Source: a virus. Taken from it: a stretch of DNA of 64,000 nt. The translations under genes and the position numbers were made by a program. Location: positions 48,590-112,589 of the IMG/VR virus record IMGVR_UViG_3300025012_000043. One strand, written 5' to 3'. Each line of letters opens with the position of its first letter. Position 1 is the first letter of the stretch. Under the pieces are notes generated by a model. That model did no database searches and was not told the DNA's origin. It saw only the letters and a program-made list of their open reading frames with translations. Below, piece by piece: positions 7,908-17,824 of this stretch.

Positions 7908-10652
7908 TTATTTGCAGCGACTCCATCCGCAAGCCGAGCACTCTATACACTTTGACATATGCACTACGGGATTTCCACACTCAGGACAAGCTTGTTTATA
8001 TGTAATCGCTGAATCATGTTTATCCTTATTTTGAACCAATTTATTTTTATTCTCTTTTGCTCCTACATGAGTTTCTATCGCCACACATATGGCATCAGAT
8101 AATGATGTAATGGTACGCCCACCCTTATAGAAAGCCGTCTCCCCAGCGGAGATACCACGAAGTTGTTTCGTGATATATTTTGTAGACACACCACACCGCA
8201 TAAGTAACGATACCAACCTACCAAGTGCTTCGGCTTCTGCTGCGATCGGTGACCCGGACCGCCCGGCCTTAATAATAACCTCACACAACCCAATATCATC
8301 TTCATTGACAGTGATTAGTGCGTCACCGAACCCAAAAGGTATCTCATATGTACGACCAGTTGGGGCCTCGATTCTAACTCTTGGCCCAAACCCACCATTC
8401 TGCTCAATTGGTTTGGCCTGTTGTCCGGAAGTCAAAACCTGCACACCCTTTGATCCATCACGATAAATAGTTACACCTTTACAACCAAGTTTATATGATA
8501 AACGATATGCCGCATCAATATCTTCTATTGTTGCGTCCTTCTTCATATTAATAGTCTTACTAATTGAATTACCAACATATTTCTGAAATGCTGCTTGCAT
8601 ACGTACGTGCCACTCGGGAGCAATATCATGTGCAGTAACAAATATATACTTAATATCTTCTGGTATATTCATCTTCTGTACTGATCCATTGTGTTCATTA
8701 AATATGACATCAAATAGATCTGGGATATTTAAATTGCGTCTACGTATTTCCTCATCAAAATCGCCATGCAATTCACTCAATTTTTTATCGCCAAACGCCA
8801 TACGATTATATGCAACGGCGTATAAAGGTTCAATGCCTGATGATACACCAGCAATAAGAGCTATTGACCCAGTTGGGGCAATGGTAGTAACAATTGCATT
8901 TCTGCGGGCCTCACCAATCTTATCTAACTCCCAAGCTGGGAATATGCCTTTCTCTTTGCCTAATTCAATACTGGCTTCAATCGCACGAGTATTAATATAC
9001 CCCATGATATGTTCTGCTTGCTCTAGCCCTTGCATTGAATTATATTGAATCCGCATCTTAATAAGTGCATCAGCAAAACCCATGACACCAAGACCAATCT
9101 TTCTGGTCTTCATGATGGCATCTTTAATCTCTTGAAGAGGTTGTGGGCTAACATCAAGCACAGCATCCAAAAACCTAACAGCCAATGGTATTAACTTATT
9201 TAATTTTTCATAATCCCACTCATAGATAACTACACCTTCTGAATCAACCTTTTTCTTTAGCATAGCAACAAGATTAATAGACCCCAATACACATGATTCA
9301 GAGGGATATAATATTGTCTCACCACAATTTCGCCCAAACACACCACTAGAAACAACAAATTTACCATCTTTTTTGCTCGTTATTATCCCATAATTATGAT
9401 TGTCATCCACAGTTATATTATATACATCATCATATCCATAGAATCCCACTGATTTTACTTTATGATTATAATATTGAACCGCCTCATCTAAGTTTTTATT
9501 ATATTTATATTTATCTCTATGCCTATGTATATTGGCAACACTATTACTATTAAATGGCATTAAACTATCGCCTTCTTTTAACTCCTTAAGTTCTACCTTC
9601 TCACCATTACGCCTAATAAATTTGTGATCTGGTGTCGCAATAACCGTCGAATCGTCATCGAGTGTGAGCTTCCAAACTTCCTTCTTTTCTCCCGTAAGCC
9701 TAGGATTTTTGCCCCATTTGATCTCTACCTGTCCATTCTCCAAATTACGTGAATACACTGGCACATCATTACCCTCTTCAACTAATTGTCTAATACTAAC
9801 CGCATTACGTCCATCAGCAACGGCAATTAGTGTATCTCCAACGACACATGGGTTTGATGCTCGCAAAATCCCAAGCGATGGCGTTGGATTGTCACGATTA
9901 ACTCTATCAATCCACAATACACCTGGGTCACCAATACGCCACGCCATCGACACAATCTTATCCCATACTTCTTTGGCATCTAATTCTCCGACTTTCTCTT
10001 TATTACCATAGACAGGAAAATATAAATTATATTTCTTACCCTCGTCTCTTGCCTTCATAAATTCATCGGTAACAGCAACTGAAATATTCATATTCTGCGC
10101 AGCACCAGAATGCTTCATATTAATAAATTCAAGAATGTCTGGATGATGGACAGATAAAATACCCATATTGGCTGATGGTCTAATACCACCTTGATCAACT
10201 ACTGACATTGCATCAGCATAAATTTTAATAAACTGAACAACACCACGAGTCTTATATCCGGTTGACTTAATAATAGTATCTCGTGGTCTAATATTAGACC
10301 AGTCCATCCCGACACCACCACCAGCCTTTTGAATTAAGGCAGCCTTGCGATAAGTACTAAAAATATCATCTAATGAATCCTGGACATCCAACACAAAGCA
10401 CGCTGGATAGGAACATCCATTCCCAGTACCAGCGTTTACTAATGTTGGGGTATTTGGTAAAAATTCTAGATTGGCCATCATGTTAGTATATGATTCAACC
10501 AATTCTTCTTTCTTCTTCTTGGGAAGCTCTTCACAACTGGCTATATCCTTAGCTACCCGTGAAAACAATTCCTCTGGCGTTTCATATGTAGACCCCTTTT
10601 TACGAAGGTACCTTCTACGCAGTACCGTAAGAGCATTTTGGCTTAAGTGCAT
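7908..10652 (-). CDS. nrdJ: Class II (B12-dependent) ribonucleotide reductase with intein, C-terminal TSCPD-like domain and Zn ribbon
   Basis: FLPNTPTL, ACFV, GGGVG, NP|CGE split by an intein, CVLGSINL, RKIGLGVMG, TIAPTG, SKTIN, KGVTIYRDGS, CPECG...CSACGWSRC. Confidence 0.95.
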   Translation of the reverse strand: MHLSQNALTVLRRRYLRKKGSTYETPEELFSRVAKDIASCEELPKKKKEELVESYTNMMANLEFLPNTPTLVNAGTGNGCSYPACFVLDVQDSLDDIFSTYRKAALIQKAGGGVGMDWSNIRPRDTIIKSTGYKTRGVVQFIKIYADAMSVVDQGGIRPSANMGILSVHHPDILEFINMKHSGAAQNMNISVAVTDEFMKARDEGKKYNLYFPVYGNKEKVGELDAKEVWDKIVSMAWRIGDPGVLWIDRVNRDNPTPSLGILRASNPCVVGDTLIAVADGRNAVSIRQLVEEGNDVPVYSRNLENGQVEIKWGKNPRLTGEKKEVWKLTLDDDSTVIATPDHKFIRRNGEKVELKELKEGDSLMPFNSNSVANIHRHRDKYKYNKNLDEAVQYYNHKVKSVGFYGYDDVYNITVDDNHNYGIITSKKDGKFVVSSGVFGRNCGETILYPSESCVLGSINLVAMLKKKVDSEGVVIYEWDYEKLNKLIPLAVRFLDAVLDVSPQPLQEIKDAIMKTRKIGLGVMGFADALIKMRIQYNSMQGLEQAEHIMGYINTRAIEASIELGKEKGIFPAWELDKIGEARRNAIVTTIAPTGSIALIAGVSSGIEPLYAVAYNRMAFGDKKLSELHGDFDEEIRRRNLNIPDLFDVIFNEHNGSVQKMNIPEDIKYIFVTAHDIAPEWHVRMQAAFQKYVGNSISKTINMKKDATIEDIDAAYRLSYKLGCKGVTIYRDGSKGVQVLTSGQQAKPIEQNGGFGPRVRIEAPTGRTYEIPFGFGDALITVNEDDIGLCEVIIKAGRSGSPIAAEAEALGRLVSLLMRCGVSTKYITKQLRGISAGETAFYKGGRTITSLSDAICVAIETHVGAKENKNKLVQNKDKHDSAITYKQACPECGNPVVHMSKCIECSACGWSRCK
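9327..9848 (-). mobile_element. Mini-intein (174 aa, no intact homing endonuclease) inserted before the thiyl-radical Cys of NrdJ
   Basis: Starts CVVGDT; block B ATPDH; block F DVYNITVDDNHNY; ends VFGRN followed by extein Cys (CGE). Confidence 0.92.
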
Positions 10653-10670
10653 CTATAGTCTCCCATCTTG

Positions 10671-11126
10671 TTATTCTGAAAATCCCGCTGTACTTCCGAA
10701 ACCATTCTCACCTCGTTCAGTCTTGGGCAATTCATCAACATATTCTATACGATATACAACCGATTGATGTAGCACTAACTGCGCCAGTCGGTCTCCCCTA
10801 TTAACCACTACATCATATTTATTGGGATTCAATGCAAACACAAGCAAAGCGCCAGTAAAGCCCTCATCTATTGTCCCATCCATAATAAGTAACTTCTTTT
10901 TAGCAAATGTTGAACTACGAGGTCTGATTGATGCCCACGTTCCCCAGGGCAATTTTATACTAATTCCAGTTGGGATATTTATCATACCACCACTCGGGAC
11001 AATAATTTTCTCTTCTTCAATACATACAACCAAGTCTAAACCTATATCACCTTCTCGGGCTGGCTTTAATACCGGGGGTATAAATGCCGCATTATCTAAT
11101 ACTTTTACCTGTAGCCTATTGCTCAT
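10671..11126 (-). CDS. dut: Trimeric dUTPase-family protein (substrate uncertain)
   Basis: Five motifs: GLDL, PRSS, GTIDEGFTG (Tyr->Phe), GDRLAQL, RGENGFGST. Start ATG 11126 with GGAGGAG SD. Confidence 0.88.
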   Translation of the reverse strand: MSNRLQVKVLDNAAFIPPVLKPAREGDIGLDLVVCIEEEKIIVPSGGMINIPTGISIKLPWGTWASIRPRSSTFAKKKLLIMDGTIDEGFTGALLVFALNPNKYDVVVNRGDRLAQLVLHQSVVYRIEYVDELPKTERGENGFGSTAGFSE

Positions 11127-11628
11127 TAAACTCTCCTCCTTCACAAATATTCAATGACTCACCAAGCGTAAACTCCTCTGTGAGCTCTATAAAATTTTCA
11201 GCATTTATCTGCACAATCTTATTATTTAAAATATTCCCTAATTCTCTATAATTAGTAATCCATCTAGTATTAAATTGTTTGGCGACCCATTTCATATATA
11301 CTGATATCTTTACATCTGCGTCCGCGCACAAAATGACCGATTGATGTAATTTGTTTTTATTATCTATACACCACGAAACCTCTAACCACGTACCAACAGT
11401 TGGTATTCCATTGATATAAACTACAACAATGTTGGCCCTTTCTAAGGCCAAACGATTAACATCAACTATATAATCTGGGTCCACATCACCCATTGGTATA
11501 AATGCCCTGCCTGGCATAAATAATGTAACATTTTGGTCCTTGTTAACTAAATTGTTAATTACATCATAATAAGCCAATTTATCGGTATTATTATCAACAT
11601 TCCCCGCACAATATACAGAGACTGACAT
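11116..11628 (-). CDS. Nucleoside 2-deoxyribosyltransferase-like / dNMP N-glycosidase
   Basis: VYCAG (Tyr), F.P, ANIVVV, TVGTWLE (nucleophile Glu), matching the NDT/DNPH1 fold. Confidence 0.7.
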   Translation of the reverse strand: MSVSVYCAGNVDNNTDKLAYYDVINNLVNKDQNVTLFMPGRAFIPMGDVDPDYIVDVNRLALERANIVVVYINGIPTVGTWLEVSWCIDNKNKLHQSVILCADADVKISVYMKWVAKQFNTRWITNYRELGNILNNKIVQINAENFIELTEEFTLGESLNICEGGEFNEQ

Positions 11629-12180
11629 TTACTCCTCCATCATCCTAAGTAGTGTCATCACCCTATCAACCTCTGCCGAAGTATTCCCATTAATTAGTGA
11701 CTCTAAAAACTTAATTTTATCGTGTCTAAGCATATTGAAACATATGTCTCTAATTTGTTGCATATTTGTTTCATCCTTAGTAATCCTCTTCATTATTACT
11801 TCAGCAGTATCATAATCATCACGATTCCTTTTAATTAAGCGCCCAATCCGTTTAATCGCTGGCGCATCAATATAGACCACGCTCCATAAATATGCCTTGA
11901 GGTTCTTGCTAATCCAGGTAACCTGTCCCTCTGTCCTAGGAACTCCATCAACCAATATAATTTCCCTATTCGTTCTATTAATGCGATCACTGATCCCTCC
12001 CATGATAGCATCATCATTATAATAAAGATCACCATTAGCCAGATCCTTATGTGAATCAGCAAGACTTCTAACTATATCGCCAGATGAAATAAATTCTGCC
12101 CCAACTATGGCTGATACTTGTTTAGAAATGGTAGTCTTACCCGAACCAGCCGGACCGATTACCCAGAGAATTCGTCTCAT
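11629..12180 (-). CDS. Adenylate-kinase-like (d)NMP kinase
   Basis: GPAGSGKTT P-loop, ISSGDIVR, LVDGVPRT, R.R.DD lid-like segment. Confidence 0.88.
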   Translation of the reverse strand: MRRILWVIGPAGSGKTTISKQVSAIVGAEFISSGDIVRSLADSHKDLANGDLYYNDDAIMGGISDRINRTNREIILVDGVPRTEGQVTWISKNLKAYLWSVVYIDAPAIKRIGRLIKRNRDDYDTAEVIMKRITKDETNMQQIRDICFNMLRHDKIKFLESLINGNTSAEVDRVMTLLRMMEE

Positions 12181-12219
12181 TATATACCCCTAAAAATTTA
12201 TACTATACCCTTTGTATCG

Positions 12220-14865
12220 TTACACATATGTTGGTATAATATTTGTGTCTATATTAATCTCCTTACCAAAATTTGCTGCCTCTCCAGCCCTAAGCGACCC
12301 AACATTAGGGTCTTTATCATAAAACACATCAATCATTATATCAGAAGGTCCCATTCTAACCTTGGCTATATTCATTGTAATATTGCCACGTTTTCCACCA
12401 AATCTACCAATATCATCTAATGATTTTTTAGTAAAAATAACGACCTTGGCCGCGTCTTGTGATAATTTGTACGCACCACCAACCCCCTCAACTGATCCAA
12501 ACGCTTCTGATTTATCTTTATTCTGTTGTGCAACGGTAACAATACACAACGGATCACGAGGATTCATTGCTCTATTTTGTAATAGTGAACTAGCAACATC
12601 TAATACTTCCCATTTCTTCCCTACTTTATTATCTGATTTAATTAATTGAACATAATCAATAAACACATGTTTACATCCAAATTTTAATCTATGATATTCA
12701 ATGATGCCCATGATCTCTGAAATAGTAAAATTATTTGGCACTATAACATATCCAGGAGAAGAACGAAGCCGATTATATGAATCCATCATCTTTTGCCATT
12801 CTACTGACCCTTGAGGATACTTCCCAAGCCTAATCATCGTATTTGAAAGATCACAATCAATAGATATCATTCTTGTCCAAATGTCATCCCTAGACATTTC
12901 AGCAGAAATGAACAATGATGGTTCCTGTGATATGGTGATGACATCATTAAACCAATTTACGGCGACAGATGTTTTACCAACACCAGTATGCGCGGCTACC
13001 ATATGCACATATCCTAATTCCAACCCAGACCAAGCTGTATTAAGTGTCGCCCATCTCTCAGATAATGGTGTACCAAGAATCGCCTTGCCGGATTTAGACC
13101 GCTCTATGTAAAGGTCTGAGAACCTATCAGCTAGATCTTGTGTTGATGATGTAACCATAGTATTTCTACGATCATTAATCTCAACTATTGAAGCACGATG
13201 TTCCTGCATGATAACATCTACTGGTTTGTCTATATCCATAGACTCTGCCAATAATTTCGCCGCCACCTTGCTAGCACTACGTCGCATATGCAATTCTTTA
13301 ATCTGTTGAATACAAAACTCAACATCTAAATTATGTTTCTGTAACGTTGCCCAATATTGTTGCAATGGTTTTTTAATGGTACTTAGTAAAATTTCTTCAG
13401 ATATGGTGCTATATTTCATCAAACATGAACACACAGTCTTATATAGATCTGAATTATTACGTACATAAAATTCGTGCTCAGCGATCTCGTGCCTGACAGT
13501 ATAGGCAAATTCCTTATCTTCGACCATTAATTTAATAATAGTACTCTCGGCTTCCTTATTATGTATGTCCCTTGGATTTGACGAATATGTGATGAAATAA
13601 TCAAGCGCATTACAAATATTATACTTGATCTCTATATATTTAGATGCCATCTCACGATAAACCGTACTAAATTTATTAATATATTTACACACTACATCCA
13701 AGAATTTTATCTCTTCCGTTAATCCAGGTACCACACTATAAGCATTATCAATATAGAAATGGATGGGATGTACACTGGCATTAATATATTTACCAATCCC
13801 ATCGGCCCCAAATTCTTTCAATATCTCATCTGGATCTCCGCCCTGCAATACAACAAATGATACAAATATATTACCATATATAGTAAACTCATCAGCGATT
13901 TTTATCAACTCTCTCTTACCTGGCTCATCACCATCTGGTATTAATACTACTTCATTAACTTTATATTTAGACAACGCCCCAATTAAAACTGGTGATAGAA
14001 ATTTAGACAGACCACAAGTAGCTATTGTATTTTTAAGCCCGTGTGAATACATCTGTAATAAATCAATTTGTCCTTCTACCACGTTCAATTTATAATTATT
14101 ATTTCTCAATTCCTTTCTAGCTAAATTAAGCCCATAAATCGAAGTCTCATCATACATCTGAGAACTTGATGATGACCCGACATATTTAACACTACCAGAA
14201 AATGGTCTTGTATAAAATTGTGTGGCGTGTCCACTACTATTAAACACTGGGAATACTATGGCATTATCCCACATCATTGGATTACATAAATCAATGTCCT
14301 TCAAATCAGTGTATGGTATGGTAGTACCAAGTTTCCTAGTAATGGCTTCATGTAACCACTGGGTGGATACCGTATACCCTATCTTAAATGTTTTTAGGGT
14401 TTCAATATCAATCTTACGTTCATTTACCATAAAAACAGATGAATCACCCAAATCCCCGAGAAGCGCTTCGTGGCATACTTCAACCACAGCATCATAAATT
14501 TTAGAGTGGAAGATGTGACGGGAGTCTTGCGAGGAATCGAGGAAGGGGGTTAGATCTATATTATATCGTTCAGCAAGTAACTGAGTGGCCTCAATTACTT
14601 CAACACCCTCAGCAAACTGTACGAAGTCAATCGCATTGCCGCCACGTTTACATCCGAAACAGTAAAAATAATGTTCACTTATTTCACCCGTAGTATTTAC
14701 TTTGAACGATGGCACACTCTCCGAATGAAATGGGCAACAGAAGGCAGAATTAACACCCTGTACCTTACCATCTTCTCCAGTGTGCTGTTTGACCAACTCA
14801 ATCAAACTTACCTTATTTAGAACTAAACCTATAGCACCAGTCAGATTAGTTAAACGTAATCCCAT
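12220..14865 (-). CDS. Fused DnaG-type primase / DnaB-type helicase
   Basis: CHC2 finger (CPFH...CFGC), Toprim (VEGQID, PDGDEPG, DPDE), DnaB Walker A AHTGVGKT, SAEM, IDYVQL, QDA, K.R.G. Confidence 0.95.
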   Translation of the reverse strand: MGLRLTNLTGAIGLVLNKVSLIELVKQHTGEDGKVQGVNSAFCCPFHSESVPSFKVNTTGEISEHYFYCFGCKRGGNAIDFVQFAEGVEVIEATQLLAERYNIDLTPFLDSSQDSRHIFHSKIYDAVVEVCHEALLGDLGDSSVFMVNERKIDIETLKTFKIGYTVSTQWLHEAITRKLGTTIPYTDLKDIDLCNPMMWDNAIVFPVFNSSGHATQFYTRPFSGSVKYVGSSSSSQMYDETSIYGLNLARKELRNNNYKLNVVEGQIDLLQMYSHGLKNTIATCGLSKFLSPVLIGALSKYKVNEVVLIPDGDEPGKRELIKIADEFTIYGNIFVSFVVLQGGDPDEILKEFGADGIGKYINASVHPIHFYIDNAYSVVPGLTEEIKFLDVVCKYINKFSTVYREMASKYIEIKYNICNALDYFITYSSNPRDIHNKEAESTIIKLMVEDKEFAYTVRHEIAEHEFYVRNNSDLYKTVCSCLMKYSTISEEILLSTIKKPLQQYWATLQKHNLDVEFCIQQIKELHMRRSASKVAAKLLAESMDIDKPVDVIMQEHRASIVEINDRRNTMVTSSTQDLADRFSDLYIERSKSGKAILGTPLSERWATLNTAWSGLELGYVHMVAAHTGVGKTSVAVNWFNDVITISQEPSLFISAEMSRDDIWTRMISIDCDLSNTMIRLGKYPQGSVEWQKMMDSYNRLRSSPGYVIVPNNFTISEIMGIIEYHRLKFGCKHVFIDYVQLIKSDNKVGKKWEVLDVASSLLQNRAMNPRDPLCIVTVAQQNKDKSEAFGSVEGVGGAYKLSQDAAKVVIFTKKSLDDIGRFGGKRGNITMNIAKVRMGPSDIMIDVFYDKDPNVGSLRAGEAANFGKEINIDTNIIPTYV

Positions 14866-14914
14866 CCAGATACCTCACTTAATAAGATAAATACTTATCG
14901 CTACAAAAATCAAT

Positions 14915-15655
14915 TTAACTACTCGTCCCATAATAAGGTACATCAACCTCGAACATTTTACCTAGTTGACACATATCACACTTCCATTCCCATGAAAGAT
15001 GTTCCTCCACTGGAATCCAAGTATTCGTCCAATAAAACCCAGGTTCTAATAAACCAGACTTAGGGTCGTAATCTTTACCAGTAGGTAATACACGTTTGTG
15101 AGATTTGTCTTTGATTTTTAATACCTCCTCTTGGTTTGGAGGGGGGTTAGGAGGAAGTACTAAAAACGAATCTACTACTTTTGGATCTACTGCTATGGAT
15201 CTACTAAAATCGGATCCGGATTGTTTTCCGGTTATTGGCCCGGATCGCTTTCCGGTGTCAGGCCCGGATCGCTTTCCGGTTCCGGAACCGGATCCTTTTC
15301 CGGAAGGTTGTTCTTGCTTAACGTCTTCATCAAATGTTTCTTTCCATAAAAACTTATATTCATTATTATAATGTTTTAATCTATTAATGCCACTAGGTGG
15401 GATAATTTTAATATATCCACCCATACTTAATATATGCAATAAACGATAAACTGTGTCCTCTTTCAACTTAACTTTTTCAGCTATTACAGCCTGTGATGGG
15501 TAACATCTACCATTTTTGCCGCTATAACTTGATAATACACCATATAATAATTTGGCCGAAGGTGGTAAATCTTCGGCCTCTAATACACAATTTGGTATAA
15601 ACACACCTATAAATACTTTATATGGGATAAATACATCTCCTTCTTTCATACTCAC
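14915..15655 (-). CDS. Winged-HTH phage replication initiator (lambda O-like architecture)
   Basis: L...AKLLY..L...CYPSQ..IA.......TV...L..L...GYI HTH followed by a repetitive linker; directly upstream of the primase-helicase. Confidence 0.75.
   Translation of the reverse strand: MSMKEGDVFIPYKVFIGVFIPNCVLEAEDLPPSAKLLYGVLSSYSGKNGRCYPSQAVIAEKVKLKEDTVYRLLHILSMGGYIKIIPPSGINRLKHYNNEYKFLWKETFDEDVKQEQPSGKGSGSGTGKRSGPDTGKRSGPITGKQSGSDFSRSIAVDPKVVDSFLVLPPNPPPNQEEVLKIKDKSHKRVLPTGKDYDPKSGLLEPGFYWTNTWIPVEEHLSWEWKCDMCQLGKMFEVDVPYYGTSS
15216..15303. repeat. Four iteron-like dyad repeats CCGGA-N6-TCCGG at exact 24-bp period (putative origin)
   Basis: Units start at 15216, 15240, 15264 and 15288. Adjacent G(G/A)ATCTACT copies at 15168, 15183 and 15197. 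Confidence 0.8.
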
Positions 15656-15665
15656 CTCTTTATTA

Positions 15666-16364
15666 TTATTTTAGCCCCCATTTACGTTTATTAATCTCTC
15701 TCACCTCTCGCATAGCCTTTTCTGTGGCTTGTCTCTCCCTAACTTCCCTAAATTCTGCGTCCATAAGTGCGACTTCTAACACAGTTGCCTTTCTAGTTGG
15801 GATATTTTTAATCCATTGTTGAGAGCGTTCCATGGCCTCAAGCCTTCTTTGAAATTGAACTTCCTTTAATTGTTTCTGTCGTTTTAGTGCCGACATAATA
15901 TATGGTAATTCTGTGCCACCATCTCTATTTTTAATATTTTCTATTATTTGTTGTACATCTTGAATATTAAATTCTGATCCAATGTCTAAAATCATTTTAA
16001 ATTCTGTTTGATTAAAATCGTGCTCTAATACAGTATTACATAAATAGTGATATACTTGTTTATGCTCATCACCCCAATCCAGCGGAAACTCTTTAACTAC
16101 AGCTTTCTTATCACACATATATTTCAATAAATTATTATAATCTGCTGACCCCATGATCGGCAAATACCAATCCTGTGTACCACCATAACTATTACAATTG
16201 TCTGATTTTTTACGATTCCACCATGCAGCAATTACTCTAAGTACATAATTATTACCATAATATTCTATATCACAAATATCATATTGGATATCTGGGCGGA
16301 TATCTTGTAAACGTTCTAACAATTCCCTGCCAAACTTTGACATTACTCGCACATATGCCTCCAA
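15666..16364 (-). CDS. Hypothetical protein, possibly DnaD-like replication accessory
   Basis: LPYIMSAL resembles the DnaD/DnaB_2 YIxxIL motif; immediately upstream of the initiator. Confidence 0.4.
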   Translation of the reverse strand: MEAYVRVMSKFGRELLERLQDIRPDIQYDICDIEYYGNNYVLRVIAAWWNRKKSDNCNSYGGTQDWYLPIMGSADYNNLLKYMCDKKAVVKEFPLDWGDEHKQVYHYLCNTVLEHDFNQTEFKMILDIGSEFNIQDVQQIIENIKNRDGGTELPYIMSALKRQKQLKEVQFQRRLEAMERSQQWIKNIPTRKATVLEVALMDAEFREVRERQATEKAMREVREINKRKWGLK

Positions 16365-16376
16365 AACAGATTAAAT

Positions 16377-16406
16377 TGCCCCCACACCTTGATAGGTGTG
16401 GGGGCA
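16377..16406 (-). terminator. 13-bp GC-rich hairpin, probable terminator or processing site
   Basis: tgcccccacacct-tgat-aggtgtgggggca in an intergenic spacer; followed on the minus strand by ATTTAATCTGTTTT. Confidence 0.55.
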
Positions 16407-16413
16407 GGTAATA

Positions 16414-17776
16414 CTAATGTTCTCCGCGCAGCACTCTGATCATATATCCTCTAAGAGCTACTATCCTATATCTAAATTCCGGGCTTATATCTATTTTACT
16501 AGCTCTTAAAGGATTTAGTGCTACATCAGTATCTAATACTAAGTTAGTAGCTTGACGCAATCTTTCCTTTTTAGATTGAAATCCATAAATCATTGTCATA
16601 ACCATATGACAAAATCAATCCTTTCTATTAAATCAGTAATTCTCATACGAATATTTATCGCGTCATCAATGATGTACAAATATTTATTGGCATTGCGCAA
16701 CTCACTCATAATCTGTATCATCCTATGTATTCGAAATTCCATTTCACTAATACTTGGTGACATCATAAGGCTTATGTTGTAAATATGGAAAGCTTTTGCG
16801 TTGTAATTTATTAATATCTCTATATAAATCATCAATCTGATGAGCTATGTCACAAAATATATCATCATTTGTGGTATATAGTTGATATGCGGCTCCTATT
16901 AATCGCATCTTTACCCTGGCCAAATAAAGTAATTTATTTTCCATATTTTTGCTCCCAACCCAAATCTAAAATTAATACCCCAAGTTTGCAAGTAGCATTA
17001 TAGATAGCCATAATATTAACATATAATTCAGAAAATTCTCCCTTATTATCCCATTTGGAAACCAAAAGAGCAGCGATTGATAATTTGCCTCTCACCCTAG
17101 ATAAGTACATCCATTTATTTCTCATATATACCCAATACGCGTAATTTATTAATATATATATATAATACCACTATTCTTCTTGTTATTTTATAAAAAGGTT
17201 CTTTAGACTTTGCAAGATATATTGTTCGTCTAATATCGTCATATGGCATAACAGCCTGTGCATCTAATAACTTATTTTCTATCTGTTCTAACCAGAGTTC
17301 TTTATTGATCATATTTTCTATCTGTTCTAACCAGAGTTCTTTATTGATCATATTTACACAAATTCTTACATAAATAATGATGTAATTTCCATATCTTTTT
17401 AAAAATTTTGCGACTAATTCCTTTTGAATTATTGTGTTGCCATTGACATGCCCTTAATAATAATGTGTTTATTTCTGCTAATTTTTCATGTTCGGGCCTC
17501 ATATAAACACTCATCATTTTTTCCTCTTTATCGGCCATATTATATTATATCAGGCCGTACTAAAAACATATTGTTGATTAATTTATCAAATTTTAGTATT
17601 AAAACTGTATTATGCGGAAATATGCCATTCAAAATCCATTGACAATGAAAAAGCTTGTTGCCTAAATAATAATCAATACGTTTACCCACTTTCTTTTTCA
17701 TATTATTCCCCAATAATAACATTCGAATGACAATCAACCAAATTAATAAGTTTTGTGATAAGTATTTGTGACACAT
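16414..17776 (-). other. Tandem array of about 7 small (55-80 aa) paralogous helical-hairpin proteins
   Basis: ORFs 16414, 16596, 16747, 16934, 17115, 17341 and 17540 share hxxhxxxLxxA...hxxxIxxLxxxIxxL; three begin M.NK..(Y/W)L. Confidence 0.6.
17273..17350. repeat. Perfect 39-bp tandem duplication
   Basis: tattttctatctgttctaaccagagttctttattgatca x2, giving MINKELWLEQIEN twice. Confidence 0.95.
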
Positions 17777-17824
17777 TCATCGCACTTAAGAGATATAAAG
17801 CATAATGTAATTTATAATTTAATT

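Noticed and set aside
15216-15303. CRISPR-like mini-array
   Set aside because: 16-bp units with 8-bp spacers inside a coding frame, and no cas genes; iterons explain it better.
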